A DNA stretch of 64,000 bases from Acidobacteriota bacterium (GCA_015486055.1 WFSJ01000042.1:12518-76517), one strand, 5' to 3'. Shown: positions 10,739 through 20,722, numbered from the stretch's first letter. Numbers and translations are program-made. The notes: a model not told the origin generated them from the letters alone.

Positions 10739-10768
10739 TTGACATTTTTTTAAACGACAGCGTAAACT
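10739..10768 (+). promoter_or_regulatory. sigma70-like promoter of the FHA-activator/guaA unit, apparently leaderless
   Basis: TTGACA-18-TAAACT, then 6 nt to ATG 10775. Confidence 0.6.
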
Positions 10769-10774
10769 AAATTT

Positions 10775-12502
10775 ATGGTAATAGTGCTGAAAATTCTTAA
10801 ACCCTCCATTCCAAAATATATAGCTCTGAAAGAAGGAAAATATGTTATTGGAAGAGAAGAAGGTGCTGACATAATACTTGACAACAATACCGTTTCAAGG
10901 AAACACTGTATTTTAAAATGGAAGGATGCCTGGTTCATAAAAGATATTGATAGTAAAAATGGGGTTTATCTGAACGGAAATAGAATAAAAAAAACCGAGA
11001 AAATAGAGGACGGAGACAATATAAAAATTGGAAGGATTCCTATCCTCATTGAGATGTTTAACAAGGATGATTACCTTCCCGAACAGATTTGCTCCTCGCC
11101 GGTGAATATAAAATTTGAGGAAGATGAAACAGACAGGCTTATAATCAGGGAAAGAACCTCAGACGTGGAAAATCGAATAATGAACCTCACCAAAACAATG
11201 CATTCTCTACTCGAAACCGATTTTGAGAGGGAGCTAAGGAATATTTTAAGCAAGAGGGGGATTGAAGATATAGGAGCAATAAGGTTTGAAAAATCGCGAC
11301 TGACCTTTCTCACCGTTCTTTCATCCTTTAACCCCGAAGAAATTTACAAGGAAAAAAATCCAAAGGAAAATTTTGACCTTCACCTTCCGGATTCCTTCTT
11401 CTACAACAGATATCTTGAGAAAGTAGATGGTGGCTATTACATCATTAGCAAATCCATAATAGAGGAAAGAATCCTCTCCCTTCTTGACATGGTCTTCCGG
11501 TATTTTTTTCTCCTTCATCAGGAATACCGAAAGATTATTCACAAAAAAAAGGAATTCATACCCAAAGAATATGTTTTTGAATCTCCTATAACAAGAGAAA
11601 TTCTCGATTACATAGGAGAAATAGCTGGGAAAGATGGAAATGTTTTAATAGAAGGGGAAACAGGGGTAGGCAAGGAGGTTATTGCCAATCTTCTTCACAA
11701 ATTAAGCCCAAGGGCAAATGCGCCTTTTATAACCTTGGTTTCCACTGCAATTCCCGAAACTCTCGCAGAAAGTGAGCTCTTCGGGGTGAGGGAAAAATCT
11801 GTAACTGGGGTAGAAGGAAAGGAAGGGAAGTTTGAAGCTGCAAATCACGGGAGTCTCTTCTTTGATGAAATAGGGGATATGCCCCTTTCAATCCAGGGAA
11901 AATTACTCAGGGCAATAGAGCTCGGAGAGATTCTTAAAATAGGAAGCACCAAACCTATAAAAGTAGATGTAAGGATAATAGCAGCTACTAATAGAAACCT
12001 TGAAGAAGGTATAAAAGAAGGATGGTTCAGGAAGGACCTCTATTTTAGATTATCATCCTTCAAGGTTCACATTCCTCCCCTCAGGAAAAGAAGCGAGGAA
12101 ATAATTCCTCTTGCTTATAAGTTCGCCGAGGAATACTCAAAAAGATTCTCAAAGCCATTCAGGGGGATCACGGAAAAAGCCAAGAAATTCCTTCTTGACT
12201 ACGAATGGCCTGGAAACATAAGGGAATTAAAGGATGAGATGAGAAGGACAATGGCAAAAATAGGCGAGGACGGGGTGCTAAGTGCAAAATTACTCTCAAA
12301 ACAAATAAATCAAGGTATCCTGAAGAAAGCAAATTCTCCCTCGGACATGGGATTAAAAAGCGTAGAGAAGGAAACCATAATAAAAGCTCTGGAAAAGACA
12401 GGCTGGAATAAAACTAAGGCATCTGCACTCCTTGGGATAAGCAGGGTAGGACTTATAAAGAAGATTAAAAGGCTTGAAATAGAAAAGGAAGATAAAAAGT
12501 GA
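10775..12502 (+). CDS. FHA-domain sigma54-interaction (NtrC/Fis family) transcriptional regulator
   Basis: FHA (IGR, VSRKH, SKNGVYLNG). AAA+ domain with GETGVGKE, FFDEIGD, RKDLYFRL, WPGNIREL. Fis-type HTH. GAFTGA is replaced by KSVTGV. Confidence 0.9.
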   Translation: MVIVLKILKPSIPKYIALKEGKYVIGREEGADIILDNNTVSRKHCILKWKDAWFIKDIDSKNGVYLNGNRIKKTEKIEDGDNIKIGRIPILIEMFNKDDYLPEQICSSPVNIKFEEDETDRLIIRERTSDVENRIMNLTKTMHSLLETDFERELRNILSKRGIEDIGAIRFEKSRLTFLTVLSSFNPEEIYKEKNPKENFDLHLPDSFFYNRYLEKVDGGYYIISKSIIEERILSLLDMVFRYFFLLHQEYRKIIHKKKEFIPKEYVFESPITREILDYIGEIAGKDGNVLIEGETGVGKEVIANLLHKLSPRANAPFITLVSTAIPETLAESELFGVREKSVTGVEGKEGKFEAANHGSLFFDEIGDMPLSIQGKLLRAIELGEILKIGSTKPIKVDVRIIAATNRNLEEGIKEGWFRKDLYFRLSSFKVHIPPLRKRSEEIIPLAYKFAEEYSKRFSKPFRGITEKAKKFLLDYEWPGNIRELKDEMRRTMAKIGEDGVLSAKLLSKQINQGILKKANSPSDMGLKSVEKETIIKALEKTGWNKTKASALLGISRVGLIKKIKRLEIEKEDKK

Positions 12503-14019
12503 AGGGAATATTAATAATTGATTTCGGCTCCCAGTATACTCAACTTATAGCAAGAAGAATAAGGGAGGAAGGAGTTTACTCTGAGATTATATCCTTTCAG
12601 GAAGCCGTAAAAAAGATTAGAAAGGAAAAGCCTCTTGCAGTGGTCCTCTCAGGAGGTCCGAGAAGTGTATATGAGAAAGGAGCTCCAAACATAGAGCCTG
12701 AAATCCTGAAGGGACTGCCTGTTCTTGGAATATGCTATGGCCACCAGCTCCTTGCAAAACTCCTTGGGGGAAAGGTTGAAATGGGAAAGGCAAGGGAATA
12801 TGGCTTTGCAAAGCTTAAAATTTTAAGGGAGGATGGAATTCTAAGGGGCGTTGGGAAAAGGATATGGATGAGTCATGCGGATATAGTGAAATCACCTCCT
12901 CCTGGATTTACAGTTTCTGCTGAAACAGAAAACACTCCTGTTGCCGCAATGGAAAACAGGGAAAATCTCACTTTTGGAGTTCAATTCCACCCTGAGGTCT
13001 TTCATACTGAAAACGGAAAGGCAGTATTCAAAAATTTCATAAAAATTGCGAGAATAAAAAAGAACTGGGAACTTGGAAATTTCATAGATAGAAAAACTGA
13101 GGAAATAAAGGAAATAGTCGGGGATAAAAAAGTAGTATGTGCCCTGAGCGGAGGAGTTGACTCAACGGTAACGGCTGTCCTCATCTCAAGAGCAATTGGG
13201 GAAAGACTTCACTGCATATTCGTTAATAATGGCCTTTTAAGGAAAGGAGAATTTGAGGAAAATCTCGCAACTTTCAAGGAGAAACTGAAATTGAATGTTA
13301 AAGGAGTTGAGGCCTCGCGAGAATTTCTTGATAAATTAAAAGGAGTTGTGGAACCAGAGAAAAAGAGGAAAATAATAGGCCATCTTTTTATAGAAATATT
13401 TGAGCAGCAAGCCAAAATGATAGAGGGAGCAGAATTCTTGGCCCAGGGAACAACTTACCCTGACATAATAGAGTCTGCGTCTGTAAAGGGTCCTGCTTCT
13501 GTAATAAAGAGTCATCATAATGTTGGTGGACTCCCGGCTGGGATGAAGCTCAAACTCATAGAGCCATTGAGAGAGCTTTTCAAGGATGAAGTGAGGGAAA
13601 TCGGAAGAAAACTCGGGATAGACCCCCACTTTGTGGAAAAACATCCATTCCCAGGCCCTGGTCTTGCAGTAAGAATAATTGGGGAAATTACAGAGGAAAG
13701 GCTGAGAAAACTCAGGGAGGCAGATGCCATCCTTCAAAATGAACTGAAGAGGGAAGGGATATATAATGAACTCTGGCAGGGTTTTGCAATCCTCATCCCA
13801 GTTAGAACAGTTGGGGTCATGGGGGATTCAAGGACATATGATGAGGTAATAGCCCTCAGGCTAGTCCAGAGCATAGATGGTATGACTGCAGATTGGTATC
13901 TTCCTGCTGAGGAATTTCTCACAAAGGTCTCAACAAGAATAGTCAACGAGGTAAGAGGGATAAACAGAGTTGTCCTTGATATATCTTCAAAACCTCCAGC
14001 CACAATAGAATGGGAGTGA
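12499..14019 (+). CDS. guaA: GMP synthase (glutamine-hydrolysing)
   Basis: DFGSQYTQLIARR, GICYG, QFHPEV, SGGVDS, KSHHNVGGL and SKPPATIEWE. Confidence 0.98.
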   Translation: MKGILIIDFGSQYTQLIARRIREEGVYSEIISFQEAVKKIRKEKPLAVVLSGGPRSVYEKGAPNIEPEILKGLPVLGICYGHQLLAKLLGGKVEMGKAREYGFAKLKILREDGILRGVGKRIWMSHADIVKSPPPGFTVSAETENTPVAAMENRENLTFGVQFHPEVFHTENGKAVFKNFIKIARIKKNWELGNFIDRKTEEIKEIVGDKKVVCALSGGVDSTVTAVLISRAIGERLHCIFVNNGLLRKGEFEENLATFKEKLKLNVKGVEASREFLDKLKGVVEPEKKRKIIGHLFIEIFEQQAKMIEGAEFLAQGTTYPDIIESASVKGPASVIKSHHNVGGLPAGMKLKLIEPLRELFKDEVREIGRKLGIDPHFVEKHPFPGPGLAVRIIGEITEERLRKLREADAILQNELKREGIYNELWQGFAILIPVRTVGVMGDSRTYDEVIALRLVQSIDGMTADWYLPAEEFLTKVSTRIVNEVRGINRVVLDISSKPPATIEWE

Positions 14020-14083
14020 GGATTTTCTGCCCCAAATCTTTATCTAATTTTCGTCACGCTCAGAAAGCAGTTCTTCTCGGCTC

Positions 14084-14389
14084 CTATTGCTTTTCGATCT
14101 CCTTTGCAATTTCAATGAAGCGGGACCATGGAATAGCTGGCCAGCTTTCCACAGCAAGAGCGCCGCTCGATCTTGTTATCATTGACACCTTTGCTGCGGT
14201 CTCATCACCATCTGCTTCATAAATATCCATAAAGTCATAAGGTCCTAAAAGGGCATAGTGGGCTATCCACTTCACATCTGGACAGAGTGAATCAACCTTT
14301 CTCTTCCATTCTTTCCCAATGACTTCTCTCCTTTTTAAATCCTTAGAAATCTCAGGCGTCAATTTCGTCATCAATACATAGATACCCAT
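14084..14389 (-). CDS. GYD-domain protein
   Basis: 101 aa with an LLGPYDF motif; SD AGGAGG upstream. Confidence 0.75.
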   Translation of the reverse strand: MGIYVLMTKLTPEISKDLKRREVIGKEWKRKVDSLCPDVKWIAHYALLGPYDFMDIYEADGDETAAKVSMITRSSGALAVESWPAIPWSRFIEIAKEIEKQ

Positions 14390-14422
14390 TTTTTCCTCCT
14401 GTTTTTTACTTTACCATCTCCC

Positions 14423-16663
14423 TTAGAATCTATAAATAAAGCTTAAATTTGCTCCTCTTCCTGGGGCATAAACATTCGGGAAGGAGCTTGGTTCTCTATA
14501 TTCCTTATTAAACAGGTTTGTTATAGAAATTACAAGTTTTATTCCTTTAAATAATTTAGCACCTCCATAAAGGTCAATTACGGTGAAAGCATCCGCAGGT
14601 AGATCTCCTTTAGCCACTTCTTTCTCTTTTGCACTGTATCTTATATAACTCTCCACCCAAAATTTTCCCTTTGCAAAGTTCTTTATGATCTCAAAGTTAG
14701 CCTGTAGAGGAGGAATATCCATAAGAAGTTCGTTATTTTCAACATCCTTCCCATATATTTTTGAGAGAGAAAGAATCGTTTGGAAACCCTTCTTAAATTG
14801 TCCTGCCACAAAGAGCTCAAATCCGTAAATTTTAGCCTTCCCAAGATTCTTGAAAATTCCGATTCTGTTTCCTGTAGGTTGATTCCACTTTATAGCTATC
14901 ATGTTCTTTATGTCGTTGTAGAATAAGGACGCCTCTCCGTAAAGCCTAAGGCATTTTTTTGTTTTTCTGAACTTTAACCCGAAATCATAGTTGTAACTTC
15001 TCTCAGGAAGAAGCTCAGGACTCCCTATGTTCATTCCACCTGGTGTGGAGCCAATGTAATATTTTTCTTTAACTGAGGGAATTCTGAATCCACTCCCAAA
15101 GTTCGCATAAAGATTTACAGAATCTGAAATAGAGCTTGTAAGTCCTAAATTTCCACTGAGTGCACCCTGTTTCCCTTTGCCTTTCTCTCCATTCCCTCTT
15201 CTCGCATAATCCTTAAAATAGTCATATCTCAGTCCGAAATTTATAACAAGTCTCTGCGAAAGCGCAAGGGTATTCTGCATGAACATTCCGTAATCTCTCT
15301 GATGCGCATTTTCCACATATATTTCCTTTTTTTTATTTAAGAGAGTGTCTTCAGGAAGTTTATACAAGCTCTTTTCTCCTTTAAGATAAATGTTTTCTCT
15401 AAAATATCCTTCCATCCCTACAACCGATGAAAGCTTTTCGCTGAAGTCAAAAGTTCCTTCTAAGGAGGCATTATATTCATCTCTACCCATGTCTCTAAAA
15501 TTTTCTACTTCCTCTTGCTCCTCAGGAATTTTCTTATTGAATTTAACTGTCGTATGAATTTTGTGCCTGTAAAGGAAAAAATTGAGAGAATTCAACACAG
15601 GAGATATATTTGTCCAGGAGTATCGGAAGGAGATTATGCTCTGCCCATCCTCGGGATGAATTGCCTTTAGTGAAGGAGAAAAGGTAGGTTTTCCTATATC
15701 CTTCCCTTTAGAGTTGAAATAGGAAAAGGAGAATTTATTATTTTTACCCAGCACAAAGTTAAAGTTTCCATGAAAAAATTTCTCATCAAAGCCGGCATTT
15801 ACCCTCTCCCCTGTCGCTGTTTTGTAATCCTCTGCTTTTCTCCATCCAGAAGAAAGAGCAAATGAAACTTTTTCATTTCCCCCCATAAAATTTGCATAAG
15901 TATTGAAACAGGAATTTATAGAAAAATAACTTCCTGCAATTGTTCCTGAAGTTCTGAAGCGAGAATCATAAAAGAAGGGTTCCTTTGTTTTTACTTCTAT
16001 AACCCCTGCAATTGCCTCGCTACCATATAGAGTAGAAAAAGGTCCCTTCATAACCTCCACCGTATCTATATCAAAGGGATTGATAAAGGATAGGTCTGGT
16101 CCAACATTCATTTCCTTATATAGCCTGACCCCATCAAATAGCATCAGAGCTCTTTTCCTTGCCATACCCCTGACGGAGGGAGAACGGTAAAATCCATTAC
16201 CTGTAAAGTAAATTCCGGGAAGCTTCATTATCTCATCAGTTAAAGTTGAAGATGGCTCCCTCGTTATATCTTTATCTGTGATAATTGCTGTAGAATAAGG
16301 AAGTTCAAATCCTGTTCTATCACTTTTGGATGCAGTTACCACAATATCTTCAAGTGGAGCTATAGTTATTGGTTTAAGCTTAAGTTTTACCTCGATTTTA
16401 ATTGAATTTTGCACCCTGATAATCTCTTTCTTAGACCTATAACCTTCCTTTGAGAATTCTAATTGATAGGTCCCAGGTTTTACAGAAAGGGAAAACTCAC
16501 CATTTTTACTGGTATAAGTAGAAAGCACAGTGCCCTTCACCTTAATTCTTACCCCTATTAAAGGGTTCCCTATAGGATCACTGACCTTGCCAGAGATCCA
16601 CACCTTATCCAACGCATAAAGGGTTAATGTAAACCCTAAAAGAAATATCAATACTTTCTTCAT
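14423..16663 (-). CDS. TonB-dependent outer-membrane receptor with an N-terminal carboxypeptidase-regulatory-like domain
   Basis: Signal peptide from MKKVLIF (ATG 16663, SD AGGAGG). IVVTAS, VEVMKGPFSTLYGSEAIAGVI plug, PELLPERS, NLFNKEY and a terminal Phe. Confidence 0.92.
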   Translation of the reverse strand: MKKVLIFLLGFTLTLYALDKVWISGKVSDPIGNPLIGVRIKVKGTVLSTYTSKNGEFSLSVKPGTYQLEFSKEGYRSKKEIIRVQNSIKIEVKLKLKPITIAPLEDIVVTASKSDRTGFELPYSTAIITDKDITREPSSTLTDEIMKLPGIYFTGNGFYRSPSVRGMARKRALMLFDGVRLYKEMNVGPDLSFINPFDIDTVEVMKGPFSTLYGSEAIAGVIEVKTKEPFFYDSRFRTSGTIAGSYFSINSCFNTYANFMGGNEKVSFALSSGWRKAEDYKTATGERVNAGFDEKFFHGNFNFVLGKNNKFSFSYFNSKGKDIGKPTFSPSLKAIHPEDGQSIISFRYSWTNISPVLNSLNFFLYRHKIHTTVKFNKKIPEEQEEVENFRDMGRDEYNASLEGTFDFSEKLSSVVGMEGYFRENIYLKGEKSLYKLPEDTLLNKKKEIYVENAHQRDYGMFMQNTLALSQRLVINFGLRYDYFKDYARRGNGEKGKGKQGALSGNLGLTSSISDSVNLYANFGSGFRIPSVKEKYYIGSTPGGMNIGSPELLPERSYNYDFGLKFRKTKKCLRLYGEASLFYNDIKNMIAIKWNQPTGNRIGIFKNLGKAKIYGFELFVAGQFKKGFQTILSLSKIYGKDVENNELLMDIPPLQANFEIIKNFAKGKFWVESYIRYSAKEKEVAKGDLPADAFTVIDLYGGAKLFKGIKLVISITNLFNKEYREPSSFPNVYAPGRGANLSFIYRF

Positions 16664-16673
16664 ATTTATCCTC

Positions 16674-16924
16674 CTATTTTTTTGTCTCAAATGTTAAAGT
16701 TGCAGCATAAGAAAGCCAGTTGCATTCATTCTTTACCTCCTGAGAAGAAGGAAGTTTATATTTTACCTTTATTAAGCAAACACCACTGCGTAAGAACTTT
16801 ATTTTTCCTATACCTCCCCATCTGTCTGGATAGCATAAGGTCCTCATTGCCTTTGCACACTTTATTGAGGCCACCACTTTGGGGCAACAGGCATTCTTCT
16901 AAGATCAATAATATATTGCTTCAT
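16674..16924 (-). pseudogene. Possible frameshifted TusA/SirA-like sulfur-carrier remnant
   Basis: One frame gives MKQYIIDLR and an adjacent frame continues NACCPKVVASIKCAKAMRTL. Together they resemble the TusA N-terminus xxDxRGxxCPxPxxxxKKAL. Confidence 0.4.
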
Positions 16925-16935
16925 GATTTCATCTT

Positions 16936-17631
16936 CTATCGCTTTGATGGAAATTCGTAATTCTCAAGAGGAATTAGCTTAAATGTGCCCTCAGGAGGTA
17001 AGAACAAAATAGTTTTCACCAAAGATTGAATTTTCTGGCTCATTGTCTCAATTTCCTCCTTTGAAGATTTTCCCTTGAGATATCTTTGAATGTAGCTTTT
17101 TACTTTTTTCGCCTGCTCTGGCCTAATGATTTTGAACTTGTTGAATATCACCTCAACCGCTTTACCGTTGTCCTTTCTCTGGAATACCATAACCATTTCG
17201 CCTGGTTTTTCAGGTTTTAAGGATAGGTCAACGGCAAGATCTCCTCTATTAAGCTCATCCCTTCCATAGAAACTTCTTGCACCTGTAATGTAAGATGCAA
17301 CATCAAGAAAATCATTTGGAGCCATTGCGGCAACCCGTATCCGGCCTCTTATAGGTGTCCCATTGGGATAAAGTGCATCGAGCGCCATTTTTGTGGCTAT
17401 GTAAGCAGATGCTATCCCTGGGCAAACATGACCTGTGTAAAGGGCAACATCTGTTAGATGGATGCTGAGCACATTCCTACCCTCCGGCATTGAGCCTACA
17501 AGAGATGCCATAGGGTCTATAACCTTTATTGTAGGAGCCTTCCAGTAAAACTCAGGCCACTCATTTTTTGTCTGTGCTCTAACAGACATAATCATGCTAA
17601 TCACCACGAGAGTTAACGCAAATTTTCTCAT
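16936..17631 (-). CDS. Secreted FmdE-family (putative metal-binding) protein
   Basis: Signal peptide MRKFALTLVVISMIMSVRA, then YTGHVCPGIASAY matching the FmdE (H)GHxCPG motif. Confidence 0.75.
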   Translation of the reverse strand: MRKFALTLVVISMIMSVRAQTKNEWPEFYWKAPTIKVIDPMASLVGSMPEGRNVLSIHLTDVALYTGHVCPGIASAYIATKMALDALYPNGTPIRGRIRVAAMAPNDFLDVASYITGARSFYGRDELNRGDLAVDLSLKPEKPGEMVMVFQRKDNGKAVEVIFNKFKIIRPEQAKKVKSYIQRYLKGKSSKEEIETMSQKIQSLVKTILFLPPEGTFKLIPLENYEFPSKR

Positions 17632-17663
17632 CGTTTTCCTCCTTTTAAGTTTATTCTATACTT

Positions 17664-17707
17664 TATAGTCATAGCTACATTTTATAACAAAAAAAATGAG
17701 GTGTCAA
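17664..17707 (-). promoter_or_regulatory. sigma70 promoter plus putative DtxR-family operator upstream of fmdE-like/TBDR genes
   Basis: TTGACA-17-TAAAAT. Imperfect palindrome TATAGTCATAGCTACA (17664-17679) abuts the -10. Confidence 0.7.
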
Positions 17708-17724
17708 GAGCAAAATTTTCATTT

Positions 17725-19818
17725 TCATAAGAGAATCCCAATCTGATAGATTAAAACAGAGAGGAACCATCCAAGAATAAGACTATAGCTCACTGTAACA
17801 AGCGCCCATCTCCATCCAACCTCACTTTTAATTGTAGCAACAGTAGCTATGCAGGGAATATAAATGAGAGACATTACCATAAACGAATAGGCAGAAATTG
17901 GAGTGAAGTAATGAGGCAATACATTTGAAAGAATCTTTGCACCGCCAAAAAGCGTTCCAAATGTGCCAACAACGACCTCTTTCGCTAGAATTCCAAAAAT
18001 CAGAGCTACTGCTGCCTGCCAGAAGCCAAATCCTGCAGGTTTGAATATTGGCGCAATGAACTTTCCAATTTGACCTATTATGCTTTCCCCCGATGCGTAT
18101 TCGACGCCGACGGGAAGTGAACTCAAAATCCAGATTACAACTACTGTTCCAAAAATAATTGTTCCAGCCTTTGTAAGAAATAACCTGCTTCTAAGCCACA
18201 TCTCCTGCAGAGAATTTTTCCACTGGGGCAACCTATAAGGTGGAAGCTCCATAATAAGCGGGGCAACTTCCTCTTTGAAAAATATACCCTTCATAACCTT
18301 CGCTACAAAAATAGCAAGCACTATCCCGAGGAGATAGAGTGAGAACACTACTATGTCCTCATGCCCAGGGAAAAATATAGACGCAAAAAGCACATAGATG
18401 GGCAGCCTTGCTGAGCAGGACATGAGGGGAATCACAAGAATGGTCAAAATTCTGTCTTTCCTTGACTTAAGTGTCCTTGTTGCCATAATCGCAGGCACAT
18501 TGCAACCGAATCCAAGAATCATGGGTATAAAGGATTTTCCATGCAGGCCAAGAGTATGCATAAACTTGTCCATAACAAATGCGGCACGGGTCATGTAACC
18601 GCTGTCTTCAAGAATGGAGATCACAAAGAACAGAAGCAGGATATTTGGCAAAAATACAATAACAGCTCCCGCGCCACTGATCACCCCGTTAGTGATAAAG
18701 GAAATTAAGGCATTAGATGCACCAATACCTGTGAGGAGATTTGAAATCCATGAGCTAAGATAGTCAAATCCAGCACTGATTAAGTCAGAGAGCGGACCTC
18801 CGAGTGCAAAAACGATCTTGAATGTTAGATACATCATCGCAAGGAAAATGGGAATCCCGAGTACTCGGCTCATTACAACACGGTCTATCTTATCAGAAAG
18901 TTCACGCGACGCCTTCCTTCTCCTTTTCCTGGTTACACACTCAGAGACAATCCCCTTTATAAATCCATACCTCGTTTCAATTAAAGAGGTAATAATATCG
19001 TTGTCTATTTCTTTTTCAACTTTAGCGGCAAGTGTTTGGATAAAGTTCTCTATATTCTTGATGCCATATTTTTCCCTCACCATGTGCATTATATGCTGGT
19101 CTCCTTCAAGAAGTTTCAAAGAAAGCCACCTCAAGTTTCCGTTCACATGATAATTGGAGAGAAGAGTAGAAACTTCTGACACTGCATTCTCGGCTGAGAC
19201 ATGATAGTTTATAAAGGGGCTTTCAGAAACTATCGTGGTAGAACTCGGGTAAGGACATGATTTCTTAAAAGGGCACATGCTGTAAAACGGACAGGTTGTA
19301 TCACACTCACAGGTTATTTTCATAGATTCGTAGGCAAAAATGATTGCGTCCTTCATCGTATCAATACCAGCCCCCTTGTTCGCAACAGTTTTAACAATCG
19401 GTCTTTTAAAAAGAAGGGAAAGTTTCTCCTCGTCAATCTCAAGTCCTTCTGCCTCTGCAAGGTCAGCCATATTAAGGTCAATCACCACATTCATGCCCAT
19501 TTCAATAAGTTCCATTACAAGATATAGGTTTCTTTCCAGATTTGATGAATCTACAATGCAAACTACTGCATCGGGTTTTTCTTGAAACAAATAGTCCCTT
19601 GCAATCTTCTCATCGATAGAAGCAGCAGAAAGTGAATAAATTCCAGGGAGATCCACTACTTCAATTTTGATACCTCTATATGTAAAATAGCCCTCCCTTT
19701 TTTCAACGGTTACACCGGGCCAGTTTCCCGTTCGCTGATGGGATCCTGTTAAATTATTGAAGATTGATGTCTTTCCCGAATTTGGGTTACCTGCAAGTGC
19801 AATTTTTATCCTCCTCAT
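17725..19818 (-). CDS. feoB: Ferrous iron transporter B
   Basis: GNPNSGKTS, GNWPGVTVE, DLPGIYS, NMAD, GFGCNVPA, SCSARLP and MELPPYRLP. Confidence 0.97.
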   Translation of the reverse strand: MRRIKIALAGNPNSGKTSIFNNLTGSHQRTGNWPGVTVEKREGYFTYRGIKIEVVDLPGIYSLSAASIDEKIARDYLFQEKPDAVVCIVDSSNLERNLYLVMELIEMGMNVVIDLNMADLAEAEGLEIDEEKLSLLFKRPIVKTVANKGAGIDTMKDAIIFAYESMKITCECDTTCPFYSMCPFKKSCPYPSSTTIVSESPFINYHVSAENAVSEVSTLLSNYHVNGNLRWLSLKLLEGDQHIMHMVREKYGIKNIENFIQTLAAKVEKEIDNDIITSLIETRYGFIKGIVSECVTRKRRRKASRELSDKIDRVVMSRVLGIPIFLAMMYLTFKIVFALGGPLSDLISAGFDYLSSWISNLLTGIGASNALISFITNGVISGAGAVIVFLPNILLLFFVISILEDSGYMTRAAFVMDKFMHTLGLHGKSFIPMILGFGCNVPAIMATRTLKSRKDRILTILVIPLMSCSARLPIYVLFASIFFPGHEDIVVFSLYLLGIVLAIFVAKVMKGIFFKEEVAPLIMELPPYRLPQWKNSLQEMWLRSRLFLTKAGTIIFGTVVVIWILSSLPVGVEYASGESIIGQIGKFIAPIFKPAGFGFWQAAVALIFGILAKEVVVGTFGTLFGGAKILSNVLPHYFTPISAYSFMVMSLIYIPCIATVATIKSEVGWRWALVTVSYSLILGWFLSVLIYQIGILL

Positions 19819-19832
19819 GCAGTTATCACCTC

Positions 19833-20051
19833 TTATCTAATAATTCTAACTATTATTTCTTTTGCTATGCCAAGTCCGATACCAAGCCTTGTTTCATCCT
19901 CCTCAAGCACCCCAGGACCTCGCATGCCGTTTTGAACAATCCTCCACCTACTCCCAGGTGTTAATCCCATTGCAAGAACTCTCTGTATCATACCTCTTTA
20001 CTATAGATCGCCGATTTCAACGAGAACAGCCATCATTAAGAGAGGTATCAA
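19833..20051 (-). pseudogene. feoA: feoA interrupted by in-frame stops (a 52-aa ORF remains from ATG 19991)
   Basis: Single frame LIPLLMMAVLVEIGDL**RGMIQRVLAMGLTPGSRWRIVQNG...ETRLGIGLGIAKEIIV, with TAG TAA at 20003-19998. Lies between the regulator and feoB. Confidence 0.75.
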
Positions 20052-20722
20052 CTCTTTATATCCCTTTCAATAAGAATCTGGTCAGCCTCTTCCTTTCGAA
20101 GCGATAGATGATATCCTTTTATGACTATGTCAGTGGGATCTCCAAAGGGTGCCACCCTTTCCACAACAACCTTCTCACCAGGTATAAGTCCCATGGATAA
20201 GAACTTCCGTTTAAGGGAAGCTTTGGCTTTTATTTTCCTAATAGTTGCACTTTCGCCTTTTTTTAAGTCCGAGAGCTTTAAACTGTCACTTCCTTCTGAA
20301 GTCTCAGCGAGCAAATGCTGGTGCCACTCCTTAACAATATTGGGATGTCTATCTTCTAAGAATTCAACAAATAGGGAAAGTTTTTTAAAGCTTTCCTCAC
20401 TTAAGTAATGCTCTATGTTACATCCATCTTTTGATGCAAGCTCCGGGCTCACATTTAAAATTTTCGAGAAGAATTTAACAAGCAGCTTGTGCCTTTCATA
20501 TATTCTTTCTGCAATCATTGCCCCCTGAGGCGTGAGCTCCACATATTCGTACTTTTCGTGAAAAACAAACCCCTTCTCCCGAAGAACCATAAGAGCCCTA
20601 TTAACAGATGAAACCTTGTATCCAAAGTATTTCATAATGTCCTTAACTCTAACCACTTTTTTCTCTCTGTTTATAATCAGAATGGCTTCAAGATAATCTT
20701 CAAGGCTATGCGTAAGTTCCAT
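20048..20722 (-). CDS. DtxR/MntR-family metal-dependent repressor with C-terminal FeoA domain
   Basis: SLEDYLEAI, wHTH, DGCNIEHYLS (Cys/Glu/His ligands). C-terminal MGLIPGEKVVVERVAPFGDP is a FeoA domain. Confidence 0.92.
   Translation of the reverse strand: MELTHSLEDYLEAILIINREKKVVRVKDIMKYFGYKVSSVNRALMVLREKGFVFHEKYEYVELTPQGAMIAERIYERHKLLVKFFSKILNVSPELASKDGCNIEHYLSEESFKKLSLFVEFLEDRHPNIVKEWHQHLLAETSEGSDSLKLSDLKKGESATIRKIKAKASLKRKFLSMGLIPGEKVVVERVAPFGDPTDIVIKGYHLSLRKEEADQILIERDIKS

Noticed and set aside
19998-20003. Stop-codon recoding (Sec/Pyl) in feoA
   Set aside because: TAG is immediately followed by TAA, so read-through is implausible; all other genes fit the standard code.
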